From: an uncultured Alphaproteobacteria bacterium | GTDB lineage: Bacteria; Pseudomonadota; Alphaproteobacteria; Rhizobiales; Xanthobacteraceae | Direction of reading: 5' to 3' | DNA: 64,000 bases | Assembly (NCBI GenBank): GCA_963721275.1 | Contig: CAVRIQ010000028.1 | Coordinates: 14,239 to 78,238 of the forward strand | Made by a program: the position numbers and the translations under genes | In this document: positions 59,571 to 64,000 of the stretch, in pieces | Position numbering within the stretch: the stretch's first letter is position 1 | Layout: each line of letters begins with the position of its first letter | Notes under the pieces: generated by a model | What the model was told of the DNA's origin: nothing | What the model saw: the letters and a program-made list of their open reading frames with translations, nothing else | Database searches by the model: none

Positions 59571-59585
59571 TTAAGAATGCCTTAA
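59571..59585. promoter_or_regulatory. CtrA-type box TTAA-N7-TTAA
   Basis: ttaa-gaatgcc-ttaa, about 70 bp upstream of 59655. Confidence 0.55.
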
Positions 59586-59654
59586 TCGCGCAATGTATGA
59601 TGGTTTGGCACGGCGGCCCGTGCACAATTCGCGGCCGCGACCTGGAGAAAAGTC

Positions 59655-59942
59655 ATGAGCAAGATCGCTTCGGCCCTGCTGGCTGTCACGTTGGTTGCGA
59701 GCCCGCTTCTGCTGCCGCAGCAGGCAAAGGCGGAGAACGGTGAAATCGCCGCCGGCGTGGTGGGCGGACTGATCGGCGGCGCGTTGCTCGGCGGCGCCCT
59801 GGCATCACGTCCGGCTCCGCCGCCGCCGGCTTACTATGCACCCGCGCCGGCTTACGTCGAGGAGCCTGCCTGCCGCTTCGTGCGTGAGCGCTACTGGGAT
59901 GGCTATGACTGGCATTTTCGCCGGGTCGAGGTTTGCGATTGA
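59655..59942 (+). CDS. Small secreted glycine-zipper / Pro-rich protein
   Basis: GGAG RBS, signal peptide, GVVGGLIGGALLGGAL, C-terminal C...VEVCD. Confidence 0.85.
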   Translation: MSKIASALLAVTLVASPLLLPQQAKAENGEIAAGVVGGLIGGALLGGALASRPAPPPPAYYAPAPAYVEEPACRFVRERYWDGYDWHFRRVEVCD

Positions 59943-59986
59943 TCGCGGCACGTTTCTGCGCTCGCAGCTTCGGCGACATGAGATCC

Positions 59987-60008
59987 GGCCGCCCTCGGGC
60001 GGCCTTTT
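59987..60008 (+). terminator. Rho-independent terminator
   Basis: GGCCGCCC-TC-GGGCGGCC-TTTT. Confidence 0.8.
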
Positions 60009-60035
60009 CGTTTGGCTTGGGAAATCGCGCCGGAC

Positions 60036-61061
60036 CTAGTCCTCGCCGTCGCGTTTGCGCAGCAGATCCTTGGCGAGATCGGCGAGCACCGGCCGCGGCA
60101 AAGCCGTGAACGGCAGCGGCCGGGTGACGTCGATCGCGGCAAGCCCCAGCCGCGCGGTCAACAGGCCGTTGAGCACGCCTTCACCGAGCCGCTGCGACAG
60201 TTTTGCCGCCAGGCCGTGGCCGAGCACCTGCTGGATCAGGCTGTCGCTCGCCGCCATGCCGCCGGTGATCGCGACATGGGCGATGACGTGGCGCATCAGC
60301 CGGAACATGCCGAGCGCGCCGGGCCGTCCGCCATAGAGCAGCGCCAGTTGCCGGATCAGCCGCAGCGAGGCCACGAACACGAACAGCACGTCGACCATCG
60401 CGCGCGGGCTGACGGCGGTGACGATCGAGACGCGTTGCGCGGCCGACGACACCAGCCGGCGCGCCTCCTGGTCCAGCGGGGTCATCAACTCGCGCTCCGC
60501 CAGCCGGATCATATCGGCGCCGTCGATGATGTCATCGGCGTGGCCCTGCAGCGTGGCCCGCGCCCGCGCCAGATGCGGGTTCTGGTGCGCCAGTTTCAGC
60601 AGCTCCTGCACGATGCCGCGGCTTTGCGCGCGGTCGTCGCTCACGAGCACTTCGCCGGCGCGCAGATGCAGGTTTTCGATGGTCGCCAGGCGAATAAGCC
60701 CGAACGCTTCGCGCGCCACCACGATGGCCAGCGCCAGCGCGGCGGCAGAGGCAAAGGCGACACCGAGAAAGCCGAGGCCCTCGCTGCGCGCAAACAGGTT
60801 TTCAATCAGTTGCGTAACGCTGAGACCGAGGCCGAGCAGCACCAGCCCGCCGACGGCGCTCCAGAACACCGCGCCCCAGGGAAGGCCGCGACGCGGCGGG
60901 ACCAGCGGCGCCTCGACCGGGACCGGCAGCAGCGCAGGGTCGGCTTCCGGCGTGATGCGGACCGTGCCGCGGGACGGGCGGCCGGTTTCATCCGCATCCA
61001 TCACGATCACGCCGGGATCGTCCAGCTTGAAGGTCACGGGCTTGCGGGGGCGCTCGCTCAT
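60036..61061 (-). CDS. ycjF: YcjF family membrane protein
   Basis: VTAVSPRAMVD, LYGGRPG, RLGEGVLNGLLTARLG, RPLPF. Confidence 0.93.
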   Translation of the reverse strand: MSERPRKPVTFKLDDPGVIVMDADETGRPSRGTVRITPEADPALLPVPVEAPLVPPRRGLPWGAVFWSAVGGLVLLGLGLSVTQLIENLFARSEGLGFLGVAFASAAALALAIVVAREAFGLIRLATIENLHLRAGEVLVSDDRAQSRGIVQELLKLAHQNPHLARARATLQGHADDIIDGADMIRLAERELMTPLDQEARRLVSSAAQRVSIVTAVSPRAMVDVLFVFVASLRLIRQLALLYGGRPGALGMFRLMRHVIAHVAITGGMAASDSLIQQVLGHGLAAKLSQRLGEGVLNGLLTARLGLAAIDVTRPLPFTALPRPVLADLAKDLLRKRDGED

Positions 61062-62527
61062 TGCAGTCTGTCTCCGATCAGGAACTGGAGGGCGCGGTCG
61101 AGGCGGATGTGAGGCAGGGTCGGACCCGCTGCGTTGACGCTTTCCAGCTGCGGCGGCCGAAAGCGCAGAAAGCGGAAATCGGTCTTTTCGGCGCTCGCGC
61201 TGGAAAGCCCGCGAAACGCCCCTTCGCCTGCAAAAAGCTGTTCCGGGTCGGCCGGCAGGTCGCCCGGAAAGGTCGCGACCTCGGTGGTGCCGTCGAAGGC
61301 CTCTCCGCCGGCGTCCTCGCCGGGGGCGGGGGTTCCCAGGATCGAGGGCAGTTTGTCGCGCCCGCGCGCCACCATCGCCTCGCTGGTGGCGCGCACCGCG
61401 GCCAGCGCCACCACGTCGATCAGGGCGCCGGTGTCTTCGGCGCGTGCCGCGGCCCCGGCCACGGTTCGCCGCAACACCGCTTCCAGGCGGTCATGGCTCG
61501 AATGGTGCAGGTGATCGGCCTTGGTCGCGGCAAACAGGATGCGGTCGATCCGGGGCCGGAACAGGCTGCTCAGAAACGTGCTGCGGCCGATCCTGAAGCA
61601 ATCCAGAATTCCCGCCAGCGCCGCCTCGAGATCGTGCAGCGCTTCGGGGCCGGAGTTGAACGCCGAGAGCGCATCCACCAGGACCACCTGGCGGTCCAGC
61701 CGCGCGAAATGATCCCGGAAGAACGGCCGCACCACCACGTCCTTGTAGGCCTCGTAACGGCGGACCATCATCGCCCACAGCGAGCCCTCGGGCGCCACGC
61801 CGTCGTCAGGCAGATCCAGCGGCGCAAAGGTCAGCGCCGGCGAGCCCGCGAGGTTGCCCGGCATCAGGAAGCGCCCGGGCGGCAGCAGGCTCATCGCAAA
61901 GCGTTCGTCGCGGCAGGCGCGCAAATAATCGGTGAACAGCCGCGCTTCCGTCAGCGCCGCCTGCTCGTCCTCATGGCCCTCGGCGCTCAGGGTCGCAAGA
62001 TGCGCGTGCCATTGCGCCGCGAGCCGCGCGCGGGGGCGCTGCCGCGACAGGCCGAGGCTTTCGCGGGACCACTGCTCGTAACTCTTGCCCAGCAGCGGCA
62101 GATCGAGCAGCCATTCGCCGGGATAATCGACGATATCGAGGGTCAGGGTCCGGTCCGCGCCATTTTGCCGCTGGTAGTCGATAACGAGTCGCAGCTCGCT
62201 GATATCGACCGTCGAGTTCGGCCAGCGCCGTTCCTCGATCAGGGTGCGGACGTGGTTCTCATAATCGAAGCGCGGCACCGCGTCGTCGGGCTGCGGCGCC
62301 AGCCGCGCCTGCGCGATCCGGCCGCTGGCAAAGGGCTCGAAAACCGGAAAACGGCCGCCACGGGTAAGGCCGTGGATCAGCGCGGTGATGAAGACCGTCT
62401 TGCCGGCCCGTGACAGCCCGGTGACGCCGAGCCGGACCGTGGGATTGAAAAAGTGATCGCCATAGTCCAGCAGCGCCCGTGCCGACAGGCGCGCTTCCTC
62501 GATCATTTCGGAAAGACGGGAGGCCAT
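61058..62527 (-). CDS. ycjX: YcjX family P-loop NTPase
   Basis: GVTGLSRAGKT, DYPGEWLLDL, ATKADH, PHIRLD. Confidence 0.95.
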   Translation of the reverse strand: MASRLSEMIEEARLSARALLDYGDHFFNPTVRLGVTGLSRAGKTVFITALIHGLTRGGRFPVFEPFASGRIAQARLAPQPDDAVPRFDYENHVRTLIEERRWPNSTVDISELRLVIDYQRQNGADRTLTLDIVDYPGEWLLDLPLLGKSYEQWSRESLGLSRQRPRARLAAQWHAHLATLSAEGHEDEQAALTEARLFTDYLRACRDERFAMSLLPPGRFLMPGNLAGSPALTFAPLDLPDDGVAPEGSLWAMMVRRYEAYKDVVVRPFFRDHFARLDRQVVLVDALSAFNSGPEALHDLEAALAGILDCFRIGRSTFLSSLFRPRIDRILFAATKADHLHHSSHDRLEAVLRRTVAGAAARAEDTGALIDVVALAAVRATSEAMVARGRDKLPSILGTPAPGEDAGGEAFDGTTEVATFPGDLPADPEQLFAGEGAFRGLSSASAEKTDFRFLRFRPPQLESVNAAGPTLPHIRLDRALQFLIGDRLQ

Positions 62528-62712
62528 GCGGGCGGGAAGAACTCGATTTGACGGGGGGCAATTGACGGCGAAGCTATCCGGGAAGTGGCGATTGGCGGGC
62601 CAAAATCAAGTTTCATACTTAGGACGCTATTTGAGCCGAAGGGTTTCAGGATTCGTTGACCCCCAAGGAGCTATGATTTATCAGCTCTCGCTGCGTAGCC
62701 TGCCGGATCGCC

Positions 62713-63408
62713 ATGACCATCTTCACACTGAAGCAGCTTGCCTCGACCTCCGTCCATGCGGCGGCCGGCGCCATGCGCTGGAATTACGACCGGGCCGAAC
62801 TGATCGCCGACGGCGTCGTGCACGGCATCGGCGTGTTCTGCGGGGTGGTCGCGGCCACGGTGCTGATCGTGCTCACCGCGATCTACGCCACGCCGCTCGA
62901 AGTGGCGGTGGTCTCGGTTTACGTCGCCGGCCTGCTTGCCATGCTGGTGCTGTCGGCGACCTATAATCTGTGGCCGGTGTCGCGCGCCAAATGGGTGCTG
63001 CGCCGGTTCGATCACTCCGCGATCTACGTGCTGATCGCGGCGACCTACACGCCCTTCATCGCCCAGATGAAGGACAGCATCTTCGCGCTGGCGCTCTTGA
63101 TCGGGGTGTGGTGCGTGGCGATGATCGGGATCGTGATCAAGCTGGTCTTCCCCGGCCGTTTCGACCGGCTCGCGGTCGGGCTCTATCTGGCGATGGGCTG
63201 GAGCGGCTTCATGGTCTACGACACCGGTATGGCGTCGCTGCCGGCCCTGACGCTGTGGTTCATCGCGGCGGGCGGTCTGCTCTACAGTTTCGGGGTGATC
63301 TTCCACGCCTGGCAGCGGCTGCGTTTCCAGAACGCGATCTGGCATTCTTTTGTCCTGTTGGGCGCGGCCTGCCATTACACCGCCGTGCTCGATCTCGTCC
63401 TGAACTAA
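62713..63408 (+). CDS. Hemolysin III / PAQR family membrane protein
   Basis: RRFDHSAIYVLIAATYTP, YLAMGW, AIWHSFVL. Confidence 0.93.
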   Translation: MTIFTLKQLASTSVHAAAGAMRWNYDRAELIADGVVHGIGVFCGVVAATVLIVLTAIYATPLEVAVVSVYVAGLLAMLVLSATYNLWPVSRAKWVLRRFDHSAIYVLIAATYTPFIAQMKDSIFALALLIGVWCVAMIGIVIKLVFPGRFDRLAVGLYLAMGWSGFMVYDTGMASLPALTLWFIAAGGLLYSFGVIFHAWQRLRFQNAIWHSFVLLGAACHYTAVLDLVLN

Positions 63409-63434
63409 ACCACATTCAAAAAGCCGAGGGTGCG

Positions 63435-64000
63435 ATGCAGGTGGCGGGCAAAGTCGTGGTTGTCACCGGCGGCGCCAACGGTATCGGCCGGGCGCTGTGC
63501 GAGGCCTTTCATCGCGCCGGCGCGGCCAAAGTCGTCGTCGCCGATCTCGATATCGCCGGCGCCCAGGCGGTTGCGGCCTCGGTCGACGGCGCGGCGTTCA
63601 AATGCGATGTCGGACAGGAGAAGGACATCGTCCGCGTGATCGAGGAGACCGAGCGGCAGTTCGGCCCGATCGCGCTGTTCTGCTCCAATGCCGGCATCGG
63701 CGGCGGCTTCGATCCGATGTCGGAAAATGCCGGCGGCAGCTCCGACGAGCCGTTTGCGAAAAGCTGGGCGATCCATGTCATGGCCCACATCTACGCCGCG
63801 CGGCATCTGATCCCGCGCATGAAGGCGCGCGGGGGCGGCTATTTCCTCAACACGATCTCCGCCGCCGGACTGCTGTCGCAGGTCGGCAGCCCGGCTTATT
63901 CCACGACCAAGCATGCCGCGGTCGGATTTGCGGAGAATCTCGCGATCTCGCACAAGGCCGACGGCATCAAGGTCTCGATCCTGTGCCCGCAGGGCGTCGA
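63435..64000 (+). CDS. SDR family oxidoreductase, 3' partial
   Basis: MQVAGKVVVVTGGANGIG, SNAGI, YSTTK catalytic motif. Confidence 0.92.
   Translation, partial: MQVAGKVVVVTGGANGIGRALCEAFHRAGAAKVVVADLDIAGAQAVAASVDGAAFKCDVGQEKDIVRVIEETERQFGPIALFCSNAGIGGGFDPMSENAGGSSDEPFAKSWAIHVMAHIYAARHLIPRMKARGGGYFLNTISAAGLLSQVGSPAYSTTKHAAVGFAENLAISHKADGIKVSILCPQGV

Noticed and set aside
59606-59624. Sigma54 promoter (TGGCAC)
   Set aside because: No TTGC at the required -12 spacing

Overview
GC-rich alphaproteobacterial chromosomal DNA, most likely Bradyrhizobium or a close relative. This is judged from the intergenic palindromic repeat families, a CtrA box, and the putA, sorAB, cyaC, ycjXF and lemA-TPM gene set. 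The window has two parts. (1) Positions 1 to about 27.9 kb form an accessory patchwork that by eye has more A/T-ending codons. It begins with a mycobacterial-looking glycolipid cassette: three tandem HxxxD condensation-like acyltransferases, an actinobacterial-type OtsA N-terminal remnant, a four-gene MacAB/FtsX-type exporter, an Rv1524/GPL-type GT1 glycosyltransferase that seems to start at ATA, and a possible truncated GAP-family exporter gene. An integrase scar, a hydantoinase/oxoprolinase pair and a CLC channel follow. It ends with a stress or regulatory block: a Cox11-cytochrome c fusion, a wHTH plus two DUF5985-like genes, a membrane-anchored trehalose-6-phosphate synthase, a histidine kinase with a NarL-type regulator, BA14K, and four copies of a GTCAGG-N5-CCTGWC palindrome. 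(2) About 28 to 64 kb is ordinary rhizobial metabolic and envelope genes. At least seven genes carry a single +1 base insertion, which points to sequencing or assembly indels rather than true pseudogenes. No rRNA, tRNA, CRISPR array or intact transposase was seen. All family assignments are from recalled motifs; no database searches were run.
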